Counted from the first letter of the stretch, positions 1-10,057 are shown. The stretch is 64,000 bases of DNA from an uncultured bacterium (GCA_965285945.1 CBDIWP010000044.1:42462-106461), one strand, 5' to 3'. The notes: a model not told the origin generated them from the sequence alone. Made by a program: numbers and translations.

Positions 1-2
1 AA

Positions 3-404
3 GGCCTGGTCGAGCAATGCCCGGAGCTGGCCCATGCTCCCGATACGATCGAGGCACCGGTCTATGCGGCGTACGCCATGTTTGATGCGCAGAACGCGGT
101 GCGTCTTCATCACTTGGCCGATGAGACGGCGGCCGTCTGGAGAGAGCTCGATCCATTGGTGCGGTCGCGGACCATCGTGCATCTGCATACCCAGTGCGGA
201 AACGGCGTCTATATGCCGGTGTGGACCGACTTGTTCGACCCTGAACTCCCGGAAGAACATGGACCGGTCTGGACCTCTCCCGACGTGTGGGTCTTTACGG
301 CCGATCTCCCGATTGAATGGCCCGGTGAGATGCTCACAAACCGTCTGTTGGCCGAGGGGTGTACCAGGTTCGAAAACCATATCGTTGAAACCCCCGAGAA
401 TTGA
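3..404 (+). CDS. Hypothetical protein, 5'-truncated by window edge
   Basis: The frame of ORF 78..404 stays open back to position 3; no recognisable motif. Confidence 0.6.
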   Translation, partial: GLVEQCPELAHAPDTIEAPVYAAYAMFDAQNAVRLHHLADETAAVWRELDPLVRSRTIVHLHTQCGNGVYMPVWTDLFDPELPEEHGPVWTSPDVWVFTADLPIEWPGEMLTNRLLAEGCTRFENHIVETPEN

Positions 405-513
405 TCGCAGTCCTTCCGTCCTCGCTCTTGCCCAATCCATCGCATGCGGGGTCCGCCTGCATAAAAATCGCGTTTCGGTGATTTCCTGATGGTGTTGTCC
501 TATCCTCACCGGG

Positions 514-1152
514 ATGAGGAAGGCAATGTCGGACGTGCCCTCGGGAAAAGGAATGGCCAGAGTGGTGACGATCGTCGGTCTCATGTTGGTGTGGGGCCTA
601 GTCTGGGCCAACCTGCCTTCCAAGGATGAGTGGCGCTCCATGCCGGTGAAGACCGGTACCGCCACCGTGCCGACGGAATTGGCGCTTGATTTGTCGATCC
701 CCGGGGTACCCCCGTCATCCGGAGGTCTTTCCGAACCGGCACCCGACACTTCCATCACCACACCCGATGGCCATGCGTCGGCCCCCCCGAGATCCGCGGA
801 TCTCACCAGTCCCGCCGATCTCCATGCCCGTCAGGTGGCGGAGGTCAAATGCGACGCGGAGGTCCAACGGTTTTGTCCGGAGGCGCTGACCGGGGAAGCG
901 CGCGGGCAATGTGTCGAAACCCGTTTGAAACAGCTGACGCCGGTTTGCCGGCAGATTGCGCGGCAGCGGATCGTTCGCTGGAAAGATGCGGAAGGATACA
1001 AACTGGCCTGCCGGGACGATCTCCAACGATTTTGTTCGAGGGTTCAGCCGGGAGACGGACGCATCCTGCAGTGTTTGCAGAATCACGCCCAAGAACTCGC
1101 AGACCGCTGCCATCAGTCCTTGCCGAAGGGACGTCTCCTCGTTCGACAGTAG
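514..1152 (+). CDS. Exported cysteine-rich repeat protein (GLG1/Cys-rich-FGFR-like repeats)
   Basis: N-terminal TM helix, Pro/Ser linker, two repeats C-x6/7-FC...C-L...L...C (CDAEVQRFC..CVE..VC; CRDDLQRFC..QCL..RC). Confidence 0.75.
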   Translation: MRKAMSDVPSGKGMARVVTIVGLMLVWGLVWANLPSKDEWRSMPVKTGTATVPTELALDLSIPGVPPSSGGLSEPAPDTSITTPDGHASAPPRSADLTSPADLHARQVAEVKCDAEVQRFCPEALTGEARGQCVETRLKQLTPVCRQIARQRIVRWKDAEGYKLACRDDLQRFCSRVQPGDGRILQCLQNHAQELADRCHQSLPKGRLLVRQ

Positions 1153-1158
1153 CGCAGC

Positions 1159-1872
1159 TCACTCCGGTGAGCGATGCTCCTTGACGTGCTCCTGAAAGAG
1201 CAGCGTGACGCCCGCCACTTGAATCCGGTCATCGTCTCGCAACGCGCGTTCGCCGGACAGGGGAATACCGTTCACTAAAATCGCTTTGCCGTTTCGGACG
1301 GCGCTGATCGAATAGCGCGACTGGCGGCGGGAGATGACGGCCGCGGCGGCGGGCGCAAACCAGCCGGTGAGCCTCACGGACGCCTGGGCGTCGGCGCCGA
1401 TGCGCGTGATCTGTTTGGCGAGCACATAGGTCTGCCGATCGGTCTTTCCGGAGAGCACGCAGAGGCCCGCCGGAGGGGCTTCGGTATTCTTTTGAGCGGC
1501 TCGTCCCGGCAAGACCACTGTCTGATCGAGCGCCTCGGTCGAAGCGGCGGACATGACGGGCGCCGCGGTGGCGTCGCGAAAAATAAGGCGGTGGCGTCCG
1601 ATGGTGATGACGTCGGTGTCGCGCAGTTGATGACGCTCCACCCCTTTGTCGTTGACGTAGGTCCCGTTGGTGCTTTTGAGATCTTCGATGAAATGGACGG
1701 CGTGGATCTTCACGATCCGTGCATGGTGCGACGAGACGGCGGGGTCGTCGATGGGGAGGTGGTTATCGGGTTTCCGCCCAATGGTAAAGGCGTCGGCCGC
1801 CAGGGCGAATTCCCGGGACGCTTGTTCATGCAGCTTGACGAGAAGGATGGCGCCCACGGTCGGTGCTTGCAT
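1159..1872 (-). CDS. Tandem FHA-domain protein
   Basis: IGR..N....D..VSSHHA..DLKSTNGTYVN FHA motif plus a degenerate second FHA; RBS GGAGG before ATG 1872. Confidence 0.88.
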   Translation of the reverse strand: MQAPTVGAILLVKLHEQASREFALAADAFTIGRKPDNHLPIDDPAVSSHHARIVKIHAVHFIEDLKSTNGTYVNDKGVERHQLRDTDVITIGRHRLIFRDATAAPVMSAASTEALDQTVVLPGRAAQKNTEAPPAGLCVLSGKTDRQTYVLAKQITRIGADAQASVRLTGWFAPAAAAVISRRQSRYSISAVRNGKAILVNGIPLSGERALRDDDRIQVAGVTLLFQEHVKEHRSPE

Positions 1873-1913
1873 TGGATCCTCCAAAGAGCCGGCTAAACGG
1901 CCATCCGTTGACG

Positions 1914-2294
1914 TCACCGTTGCCAGATCTTTTGATGCGATGGTTCATGGACGGCCAGGACACCCATACCGGACCGTTCCACATGGTTGGCGGCTGATGC
2001 ATAGATCGTCTCGTTCGCCAGCCTGACTGCGCTGCCCAGGCGATTGGTGATGAATGAGACCGTCTCATCCGGTCTGCCGAGTAAGGGAGGCCCCCAAGCG
2101 CCGGCGGCCGCCGCGATGTGGTTGCATATCGTTTCAACGGCCAGCGCGCTTGCGACTTCGCCGGCCTTTCCTCCGCCCATGCCGCCACAGACCACAAACA
2201 GGCCTAAATCCGTATCGATCCCATAGCGGTCTTCATTGTGTGGGCGTTTCCGACCTGGATCCGAAAGGGCGCCATGAGCAATGGTGTACGTCAT
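1914..2294 (-). pseudogene. PP2C/Stp1 phosphatase with large in-frame internal deletion
   Basis: SDPGRKRPHNED, LFVVC[G]GMGG (D->G) and GEVAS are present, but the protein jumps from GMG straight to a C-terminal-like VLAVHE..WQR; HVGDSR, DGL and DN motifs are absent. Confidence 0.8.
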
Positions 2295-2308
2295 CGGTCG
2301 ACGATCCC

Positions 2309-3691
2309 CTAGGCGGCCAGCCCATCCGCCCAAACCCGGAGGTCCCGGGCCAATTCACGGGCTCGAAGATACCGTTGGACCGGATCTTTATGGAGCGTCT
2401 GGTCGAGCACGGCTTGAATGCCGGGCGGGAGATCGGAACGTAAAGCGGCCAATGGCATATGGGGGCTGTGGGCGATGGCAAACAGCAGCGCAGAGACATG
2501 GTCGGCCGTGAACGGCGGGCGGCCGGTCAAGAGTTCAAAGAGGACGACGCCGAGCGAAAAGATGTCCGAACGTCCGTCGACGTTCTTGCCGGCGATCTGT
2601 TCGGGGGACATATACGTCGGGGTGCCGAGCACGAGGTCCGTCCGGGTCTTTGATGACGACGCCATTTTCGCGATGCCGAAATCCATGACTTTGACGACCT
2701 GATCTTTGGTGAGCATGATGTTGGCGGGTTTGATATCACGATGCACGATCCCTTGTTGATGGGCGTAGTCCAGTGCGTCCGCCACCGTGGCAAGGGCCGG
2801 CACTAATCGGGAGAGCGGCATGAGCCGGGGCGGACGCGACCATTCCTTGAGCGTCGTACCTTCGAGCACTTCCATGGCGATGTAGCCGAGATCCTGCTCT
2901 TCGCCGGCATCATAGATCGTGACGATATTGGGATGGGAGAGCCGGCCGGTGGACTCCGCCTCCTTGAAAAAGCGTTCCTTCACGTCTTGGAGCTTGTCGG
3001 CGTCAGTGATCTGATCGAGCCGCATGGTCTTGATGGCGACGAATCGTTGGATCGTCGGATCTTTGCCAAGATAGACGACGCCCATGGCCCCGCGCCCGAT
3101 CTCCTTCAGCACTTTATACCGGCCCAGGGTGGCCGGGGGACCGTCGTTTCTCTTGCGCATCACCTTGGCGGCCTGGGTGTCCTCCGGAGTATTGTCCGAC
3201 ATCAGAAAGCGGTCTTCCGGCGAGGGCTCTGCATCGCGTCCGGGCCGTGCCGGAGATGCGAAAAAACCGTTCAGCGCATCGAAGTTCACCAGCCAGACGG
3301 CAGATATCCAGAGGCCGCATATCAGCAGACCGGCGGCGTAGCCGAGGGTATAACGGTCCTGACTCGCGAGCAGCGGCAAGCCGGCGGCGCCCAGCGCGTT
3401 ATGTGCCACGAGCAGGGCAAGGAGCGCGGTGAGCGGGAGGATCAACCTCCTGACAAAGGACCAGCCTTTTCCATCCTCGGGCATCTGTCGGTTCGCGTGG
3501 ATAGAGAGCAGGCACAGGAGGAGTAGTCCGGTTGATTCGAGCACCAGTCGGATGGTGTGACCGCCATCCAGCCCGAACAGGGCGAAGGGGAAGCTGTGGG
3601 CCGCCGGGACTCTCCTCAGCAACGGCCCGGCAAGCAGAGTCGCGAACGCGACCAAAGCATACTGAATGAGGCAGATGGGGGCAGTAGACAT
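2309..3691 (-). CDS. Membrane-anchored Hanks-type Ser/Thr protein kinase
   Basis: IGRGAMGVVY, VAIK, HRDIKPAN, DFG, GTPTYMSPE, DIFSLG; N-terminal TM helices. Confidence 0.95.
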   Translation of the reverse strand: MSTAPICLIQYALVAFATLLAGPLLRRVPAAHSFPFALFGLDGGHTIRLVLESTGLLLLCLLSIHANRQMPEDGKGWSFVRRLILPLTALLALLVAHNALGAAGLPLLASQDRYTLGYAAGLLICGLWISAVWLVNFDALNGFFASPARPGRDAEPSPEDRFLMSDNTPEDTQAAKVMRKRNDGPPATLGRYKVLKEIGRGAMGVVYLGKDPTIQRFVAIKTMRLDQITDADKLQDVKERFFKEAESTGRLSHPNIVTIYDAGEEQDLGYIAMEVLEGTTLKEWSRPPRLMPLSRLVPALATVADALDYAHQQGIVHRDIKPANIMLTKDQVVKVMDFGIAKMASSSKTRTDLVLGTPTYMSPEQIAGKNVDGRSDIFSLGVVLFELLTGRPPFTADHVSALLFAIAHSPHMPLAALRSDLPPGIQAVLDQTLHKDPVQRYLRARELARDLRVWADGLAA

Positions 3692-3718
3692 AGGCAGCGG
3701 CGATCGCACGCTGATCAA

Positions 3719-3746
3719 AGTCTAGCGGATCATCGAAGGGAGTCAA
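3719..3746 (-). promoter_or_regulatory. sigma70-like promoter for kinase operon
   Basis: TTGACT-16 nt-TAGACT on minus strand. Confidence 0.5.
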
Positions 3747-3774
3747 CGAATAGCGGGAAACCGTCAGCGAAAGG

Positions 3775-4623
3775 TCAGAGGCGGGCGGTCGCGTCCTTTA
3801 ATTTGGAGAGCAGCGAGTCGGGAACGTGAAGCGTGCCTTTGCCGATGCCGACCTCGATGTCAGGCTTGGTCACGCCATGGAAATCACTTCCTCCCGTCAC
3901 CAGAAGGTTCACCTGCTTGGCGAGGCTCAGGTACTCACGCGTCTGCCGGGCCGTGTGGGTACTGTAATGCACTTCCACTCCGTCAAGGCCCTCCGCTTTC
4001 AAGCGACGGACGAGATCGGTCAATGTGCCTTCCCTGGGTTGCACCCATGTGGGATGGGCCAGTACGGCGAGTCCCTTCGCGGCCTTGATCAACCGGATGG
4101 CTTCCGCTGGAGTCGGCAGCTCGCGCGGCATGTAAGCGGGCTTGCCATTGGCCAGAAACCGGTCGAATGCCTCCTTGGCCGAGGTCACGACCTTCTTGTC
4201 CATCAGGACGCGGGCGATGTGCGGGCGGCCGACGGCGTCAGTTCCGGCCAGCGCCCGCACTTCCTCATAGGTGATGTCGATGCCCAGCGCTTGCAACTTT
4301 TCGATGATGAGTGGATTACGGCGGTGGCGGCTCTGGCGCAGGGCCAGGAGCCGTTCATTCAAGGAAGGATCCTGCCAATCGAGGAAGTATCCGAGCACGT
4401 GGACTTCGGATTCGCCGAAGAGCGAACTGACCTCGATGCCGGGAATCACTTCGATGCCGAGCGCGAGGCCTTCCGCCAACGCCTCCGGAATGGCGGTGGT
4501 AATGTCGTGGTCGGTGATGGAGAGCGCGGTGACGCCGGCTTTGTGGGCGAGCGCCAGCACTTCGCCTGGAGAGAGGCTTCCATCGGAATGGGTGGTGTGC
4601 AGGTGAAGATCGAGGCGACTCAT
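3775..4623 (-). CDS. PHP-domain metal-dependent phosphoesterase (TrpH/YciV-like)
   Basis: DLHLHTTHSDG, ITDHD, GRPH, LAHP, GGSDFHG. Confidence 0.93.
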   Translation of the reverse strand: MSRLDLHLHTTHSDGSLSPGEVLALAHKAGVTALSITDHDITTAIPEALAEGLALGIEVIPGIEVSSLFGESEVHVLGYFLDWQDPSLNERLLALRQSRHRRNPLIIEKLQALGIDITYEEVRALAGTDAVGRPHIARVLMDKKVVTSAKEAFDRFLANGKPAYMPRELPTPAEAIRLIKAAKGLAVLAHPTWVQPREGTLTDLVRRLKAEGLDGVEVHYSTHTARQTREYLSLAKQVNLLVTGGSDFHGVTKPDIEVGIGKGTLHVPDSLLSKLKDATARL

Positions 4624-5561
4624 GCCGGGGAAACCTGACGGGCCGGCTTCTGAGCCATCAACTGCGCGGTGTACACCCGGCCGGCTCCATGGCCTCCCTC
4701 GTGCTCGCCCTCATCGTAGTGCAATACCTGGAGACCGGAGGTGAGCCGCAACAATTCGTTGTGGGCCAGGCAAAATTCCCAGCGTCTCGGATGCTTGTGA
4801 TGGAAATAATTGTCGATGGTAAACGTTTCGTATATCAGCACGCCGCCGGGCTTCAACGCTTCCATGAGGGACGGAAAGAGCGAGCGATACAGATAAAAAA
4901 AGACGATGACGGCCTCGTAGGCTTCTTTGCCGAAGTCCGGCGCGGAAGGCGGGGGCAGCTCGAGATCCATGGCTCTCGTGGTAATAGTGGTCAGCTGTGC
5001 CTTTCGCGCGACTGAGGACAGGTGAGCCAGCGCGTCTGCATCACGGTCGACCGCTTCCACCTGATACCCCTGGGCCGCGAGGAACAAGGCATTGCGCCCT
5101 TCCCCGGACGCCACGTCCAGCACCGTTCCCTTGGGGATCCGGTGCAGCTGGTGCAGGAGAAACCGGGCCGGCGCCGGGTCGGTCCGGCGAAGCTGGTGCG
5201 CCGCGCTTGTTCGATCGAGAGAGACTCCCACCGACCCGGTGACGACGCTCATCGGCGGGTTCAGCTTGCGGATCCAGAGACGGACCCGGAGGACAGGGAA
5301 CTCGGCAAACAACATGTCCAGCAGTCGTTCAGCGATACTTTCGAGCAGATGGGCGTCTTTTTCCGTGCCGGTCTCGACCACCCGGTGCGCTACCTTGGCA
5401 TAATCAATGGTGTGTGTCAGATCATCGGATTGACCGGCTTGTTTGAGAGGGCAGTCAAGTTCTATATCGACCGCTAAGGGTTGAGGACGTGCCCGTTCTT
5501 CCAGGGTCACTCCGCAGCGGCCACGGAATTCCAATCGTTCGATGATGATTTTTTCACACAT
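4620..5561 (-). CDS. folB: Dihydroneopterin aldolase fused to class I SAM methyltransferase (TehB-like)
   Basis: GVTLEER..PQ..VD..DDL.HTIDY..LLE..K FolB motifs, then VLDVASGEGRNA and LKPGGVL; start chosen from promoter position. Confidence 0.88.
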   Translation of the reverse strand: MCEKIIIERLEFRGRCGVTLEERARPQPLAVDIELDCPLKQAGQSDDLTHTIDYAKVAHRVVETGTEKDAHLLESIAERLLDMLFAEFPVLRVRLWIRKLNPPMSVVTGSVGVSLDRTSAAHQLRRTDPAPARFLLHQLHRIPKGTVLDVASGEGRNALFLAAQGYQVEAVDRDADALAHLSSVARKAQLTTITTRAMDLELPPPSAPDFGKEAYEAVIVFFYLYRSLFPSLMEALKPGGVLIYETFTIDNYFHHKHPRRWEFCLAHNELLRLTSGLQVLHYDEGEHEGGHGAGRVYTAQLMAQKPARQVSPA

Positions 5562-5567
5562 GCGTGC

Positions 5568-5597
5568 ATTGTCGAGGATCATATTTCCGACTGTCAA
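5568..5597 (-). promoter_or_regulatory. sigma70-like promoter, probably leaderless folB transcript
   Basis: TTGACA-18 nt-GACAAT, 6 nt before ATG 5561, no SD. Confidence 0.55.
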
Positions 5598-5659
5598 GGA
5601 TAGGACAATGACTCCTGCGCCTGGCACCTGAGTTTTAGCCACTAGGTAAACTATAGGGA

Positions 5660-5835
5660 TTGACGTGGCAACGACGTCTGGGGCGGCATGTGAACGGATC
5701 ACCATGCGACTCCGGGGAGAACATCCTGAACGAGTCGCCGGTTCGCCGGGTCCTATTGCACTTGAACGGCCACCCACAAGAGTGCAGTGGAAAGCTCGAG
5801 TCCGCTAAGGCTGGGACTGTTCGGTCAACTCCCTT
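5660..5835. ncRNA. Putative structured non-coding RNA, family unassigned
   Basis: Two small hairpins (GACGT/ACGTC; GCATG/CATGC) followed by a ~120-nt bulged rod GGGGAG..TGAAC..AGTC..GCC..GCACT / AGTGC..GGC..GACT..GTTCG..CTCCCT. Confidence 0.45.
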
Positions 5836-5863
5836 GACTCCCTTCTGAACCGGCTCCTATAAT
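5834..5863 (+). promoter_or_regulatory. sigma70 promoter for moaC operon
   Basis: TTGACT-18 nt-TATAAT. Confidence 0.7.
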
Positions 5864-5905
5864 CACCGACCGGCGCAACGCTAACTAGCTGATTCATCGG
5901 AAGAA

Positions 5906-6400
5906 ATGGCTGAATTCACGCATTTCAACGAGTCGGGCCGTGCGCGGATGGTCGATGTCAGCGCGAAAAACTCGACCGAACGTGTCGCGACGGCGCAGGC
6001 GACCGTGCTCATGCAGCCGGAGACACTGGAGAAGATCCAGCAGGGCAAGATCGCCAAGGGCGACGTCCTGGCCGTGGCGCAAGTCGCCGGTGTGATGGGA
6101 GCTAAAAAAACCCCTGATCTTATACCCATGTGCCACCCCCTCCTCCTGACCAGCGTCGATATCGCATTCACAGAAGAAGCGCAGCCCAACCGAGACGGTC
6201 TCTGCGCGATTCGTATCCTCGCCACGGTGAAGATCACCGGGCAAACCGGCGTCGAAATGGAGGCGATGACGGCTGCCACGGTGGCCGCTCTCACCATCTA
6301 TGACATGTGCAAGGCCGTCGATCGCGGCATGAGCTTCAGCGAGGTCTGTTTACTTTCAAAATCAGGCGGCAAGTCGGGCATATATACGAGGCCGGTCTGA
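5906..6400 (+). CDS. moaC: Cyclic pyranopterin monophosphate synthase MoaC
   Basis: [44 protein letters not shown]. Confidence 0.97.
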   Translation: MAEFTHFNESGRARMVDVSAKNSTERVATAQATVLMQPETLEKIQQGKIAKGDVLAVAQVAGVMGAKKTPDLIPMCHPLLLTSVDIAFTEEAQPNRDGLCAIRILATVKITGQTGVEMEAMTAATVAALTIYDMCKAVDRGMSFSEVCLLSKSGGKSGIYTRPV

Positions 6401-6420
6401 GCGAGGGGTCACCCTACATC

Positions 6421-7116
6421 ATGGTCACAATCAAACTCTTCGGAATGACCAAGTCGTTGGCAGGGAATCAGGAATCCCTGTCTCTGGCGTTGACCAGCGG
6501 GCGGCACGTCAAGGATGTCGTCCGGCTTCTCGATGCGCAGTATCCGCGGATCGGGGAACTGATCCATAAGAAAAAAGTTCTGCTGTCGGTGAACCAGGAT
6601 ATTGCCCACGAGGACACGGAAATCCGGGAGGGCGATGAACTGGCTCTTTTGCCTCCTTTCGCAGGCGGCAGTCCGATGGAACAGCCGGATGATAGCTCGT
6701 TCGTCCGCGTACAGCGGGAGAATTTTTCCATCGATCAGGAGCTGGACCGGGTCAAAACCCGCTCCAAGCGGATCGGCGGGATCGCGACATTTCTCGGCAT
6801 CGCCCGCGACCGTTCCAAAGGGCGGGATGTCGAGGGCATCACCTTCGAACATTACGAAGGCATGGCGCAGAAGAAATTGCGCGAGATTCGCGAGCGAGCG
6901 CTGAAGGACTTCGACATTCTCGAGTTGCTGATCGTCCATCGCTATGGGGACATCACGATCGGCGAAAACATCGTGCTCATCATCGCCGGGGCCGAGCATC
7001 GGGCCGAGGCGTTTCGCGCCTGCAAATGGGCGATCGATGAGTTGAAGCAGATCACGCCCATTTGGAAACTCGAGCGCACGCCGGAAGGCGAGGTCTGGGT
7101 CGAGGAGCATCCGTAG
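6421..7116 (+). CDS. moaE: Fused molybdopterin synthase MoaD-MoaE (MoaX-type)
   Basis: Ubiquitin-like domain ending LPPFAGG followed in frame by MoaE (GGIATFLG..R, HRYG, HRAEAF, LK..PIWKLE). Confidence 0.93.
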   Translation: MVTIKLFGMTKSLAGNQESLSLALTSGRHVKDVVRLLDAQYPRIGELIHKKKVLLSVNQDIAHEDTEIREGDELALLPPFAGGSPMEQPDDSSFVRVQRENFSIDQELDRVKTRSKRIGGIATFLGIARDRSKGRDVEGITFEHYEGMAQKKLREIRERALKDFDILELLIVHRYGDITIGENIVLIIAGAEHRAEAFRACKWAIDELKQITPIWKLERTPEGEVWVEEHP

Positions 7117-7160
7117 CGCCCGATTCCCTGGCGTGACGGTCATCGGGGGCGGAAGCAACT

Positions 7161-8225
7161 ATGTCACACAACTCTGCGAGCCCTTCAGCGTTTCCCGTGG
7201 TGGACACGTACGATCGTCCGCTCAAAAGTCTTCGGTTATCCGTGACGGACCGCTGCAACCTGCGGTGCCAATACTGTATGCCGGAAGAAAACTACGTGTG
7301 GCTTCCGAGGGAAGACGTCCTCACCTTCGAAGAGATGGCGTCGTTGGCGGGGTATTTTGCGGACCTGGGCGCCGACAAGGTCCGTCTGACCGGCGGGGAG
7401 CCGCTCTTGCGGCGCGATCTCCCCAGACTCGTGCGGTTGCTGCTGCGAGACCGGCGCATTACGGAAATCGCGATGACGACGAACGGCATTCTGTTGGCGG
7501 ATCAGGCGCCGGCGTTGTACGAGGCAGGATTGCACCGGGTCACCGTGAGTCTGGACACGCTGAGGCCTGAACGGTTTCGCCAGCTGACCAGACGAGATGA
7601 ATTCGCCCGGGTGATCGACGGCATCGGCTCGGTCGGCAAAGCCGGTTTTACGAATCTCAAACTCGACACGGTTGTCATTCGCGGGTTCAACGATGATGAA
7701 CTCGTCGGCATGATCGAGTTTGCCAAGCAGTATCAGGCGGAAGTCCGGTTCATTGAATATATGGACGTGGGCGGTGCCAATGAGTGGTCCCTGGCTAAAG
7801 TCTGTTCTCGCGCCATGATGCTTGAACAGATCGGACAACACTACGGCGCCATTGAGCCGCTTCCGGAACGCGGCGCCGCTCCGGCGCAACGGTTTCGACT
7901 GCCCGACGGCACGACGTTCGGCATTATTCCCTCCACCACCACGCCGTTCTGCGCCCAGTGCGACCGCAGCCGGGTGACGGCCGACGGTATGTGGTACTTG
8001 TGCCTCTATGCCACCTCGGGGACCGATCTCCGCCAACCGCTTCGTGCCGGTGCGACGCCTGAACAGATGCGGCAGGCGATCCGATCCGGGTGGGGCGCGC
8101 GTCGGGATCGGGGCGCTGAAGAACGGAAAGCTTTGGAGCGGGTCGGTTTGCGAGAGGGCGGCCTCATCGGCATCGATCGGCTGCGTGAAGACCCGCACTT
8201 GGAAATGCACGCGCGCGGCGGGTGA
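7161..8225 (+). CDS. moaA: GTP 3',8-cyclase MoaA
   Basis: LRLSVTDRCNLRCQYC, TGGEP, FCAQCDR..CL, C-terminal GG. Confidence 0.97.
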   Translation: MSHNSASPSAFPVVDTYDRPLKSLRLSVTDRCNLRCQYCMPEENYVWLPREDVLTFEEMASLAGYFADLGADKVRLTGGEPLLRRDLPRLVRLLLRDRRITEIAMTTNGILLADQAPALYEAGLHRVTVSLDTLRPERFRQLTRRDEFARVIDGIGSVGKAGFTNLKLDTVVIRGFNDDELVGMIEFAKQYQAEVRFIEYMDVGGANEWSLAKVCSRAMMLEQIGQHYGAIEPLPERGAAPAQRFRLPDGTTFGIIPSTTTPFCAQCDRSRVTADGMWYLCLYATSGTDLRQPLRAGATPEQMRQAIRSGWGARRDRGAEERKALERVGLREGGLIGIDRLREDPHLEMHARGG

Positions 8226-8302
8226 AGCCGGCCCTCGCTCGCCGTGTTTACCTGGCGCCATTCGGCGGCGTCACCGCAGCGTTTAATCATCCCCTGTTTT
8301 TC

Positions 8303-9001
8303 ATGCCAGACACTGAGACCCTCACATTGCTGGGCGTCGGATTCCTGCTCGGGCTTCGCCATGCGCTCGACGCCGATCATCTGGCCGCCGTCTCGACCGT
8401 GCTGGCTGAGCGGCCCTCCTTCCGCGCGTCCGGTGCTGTGGGGTTTTGGTGGGGCATCGGACACACCCTGACCCTGCTCATCGTGGGCGCCATCGTGATG
8501 GTGTGGCAGCTGCGTATTCCCGAGTCCTTGGCCGTGATGGCCGAGTGCGGCATCGGACTGCTCTTGATCGTCCTGGGCGGCACCTTGGCTCGCAAACTGT
8601 ATCGCGAACGCTGGCATCTGCATCAGCACGAACATCATGATGGGGCCCGGCACATGCATTTGCACAGCCATCAACTCCAGCCCGATCATGGTCATCAGCA
8701 CTGGATGACTCAATCCCTCCGCCCGTTGAGCATTGGAATGGCGCACGGTCTCGCCGGGTCGGCAGCCCTCATCCTGATGGTTTTGTCCACGACGCACGAG
8801 GTGGGGCCGGGCTTGTTGTCCATCGCGGTCTTCGGCATCGGGTCTATCCTCGGCATGGTGGCGATCGGAATCACCCTCAGTCTGCCGCTCATCTGTTCCT
8901 GGACGTTGAGCCGGCGCCTGTTTGTCGCGTTACAGGGTTTCGCCAGCGCCGCCAGCATATGCGTGGGAATATGGATGCTGGTCAAGATGACGTCATCATG
9001 A
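8303..9001 (+). CDS. Ni/Co permease (HoxN/HupN/NixA- or UreH-like)
   Basis: RHALDADH motif, GHT, His-rich loop, HGLAGSA, six TM segments. Confidence 0.88.
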   Translation: MPDTETLTLLGVGFLLGLRHALDADHLAAVSTVLAERPSFRASGAVGFWWGIGHTLTLLIVGAIVMVWQLRIPESLAVMAECGIGLLLIVLGGTLARKLYRERWHLHQHEHHDGARHMHLHSHQLQPDHGHQHWMTQSLRPLSIGMAHGLAGSAALILMVLSTTHEVGPGLLSIAVFGIGSILGMVAIGITLSLPLICSWTLSRRLFVALQGFASAASICVGIWMLVKMTSS

Positions 9002-9121
9002 CCCGCAACTGACCGGTCCAGAGTCCATTTCAACGTGCGTCGTCCGCCGGGGTGTGGTATCCTGCGCCCGATTTTAGCCGACCGTGTGCTCATCGCAGCG
9101 GCTCCGGAACGAGGATACGAG

Positions 9122-9958
9122 ATGGCCTGGTTTAAAAAGGAAAAACCCCCCGAAACGTCCGTGCCCCCGCGATCGAAGGGCAGTGAGGGCATGTGGCTGA
9201 AGTGCAATCACTGCCGCGAGATCGTCTACCGCAAGGAAGTCGACCGCAACAACAAGGTCTGCCCCAAATGCGACTATCACTTTCCCATTTCCGTCATGGA
9301 GCGCATTGCGCTGCTCGCGGATTTGGGGACGTTCAAAGAGTGGGACTCTCAATTGGCACCGAAAGACCCGCTCGAATTCCACGATACCAAATCCTATAAA
9401 GACCGGGTGGCGTCTCAGCAAGAGAAAACCGGGCGCAAAGATGCGCTGATGACCGGCGAAGGGATGATCGACGGGCGTCGTGTCGTCCTCTGCGTCTTCG
9501 ATTTCAGTTTCATGGGCGGCAGCATGGGGTCGGTGGTCGGAGAAAAGCTCTGTCGGGCGATCGACCGCGCGCTGGAGATGAAGCTCCCTGTCATTCTGGT
9601 CACCGCGTCCGGCGGGGCCCGCATGCAGGAGGGCATTCTCTCGCTCATGCAGATGGCGAAGACGTCCGCCGCGGTGGCCAAGCTGGGTGAGGCCAGATTG
9701 CCGTTCATTTCAATCCTTGCGGATCCGACGTTCGGCGGCGTGACCGCCAGCGTGGCGATGCTGGGCGATGTCATTATCGCCGAGCCGAAGGCGCTCATCG
9801 GATTCGCCGGTCCGCGGGTGATCGAGCAGACGATCAAGCAGCAATTGCCAGATCAGTTCCAGCGCGCCGAGTTTTTGCTGGAGCATGGCATGATCGATAT
9901 GATCGTCGAGCGCAAGCAGCTGAAGGGGACGCTGAGCACGCTGGTGAACCACTTCTAG
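9122..9958 (+). CDS. accD: Acetyl-CoA carboxylase carboxyltransferase beta subunit
   Basis: WLKCxxC..VCPKC zinc finger, [27 protein letters not shown]. Confidence 0.97.
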   Translation: MAWFKKEKPPETSVPPRSKGSEGMWLKCNHCREIVYRKEVDRNNKVCPKCDYHFPISVMERIALLADLGTFKEWDSQLAPKDPLEFHDTKSYKDRVASQQEKTGRKDALMTGEGMIDGRRVVLCVFDFSFMGGSMGSVVGEKLCRAIDRALEMKLPVILVTASGGARMQEGILSLMQMAKTSAAVAKLGEARLPFISILADPTFGGVTASVAMLGDVIIAEPKALIGFAGPRVIEQTIKQQLPDQFQRAEFLLEHGMIDMIVERKQLKGTLSTLVNHF

Positions 9959-10057
9959 AGGGCTACGTTGGCGTCGTCTCGCATCCTGCTTCCCTGTTGC
10001 CGGCATCGTGGTTTCAGAACCGTCTGCTAGATGGGCGTGTCCCGCCGGGCTTGTCTG

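Noticed and set aside
5660-5905. Moco riboswitch upstream of moaC
   Set aside because: I could not match the Moco motif, and a near-consensus sigma70 promoter lies between the structure and moaC.
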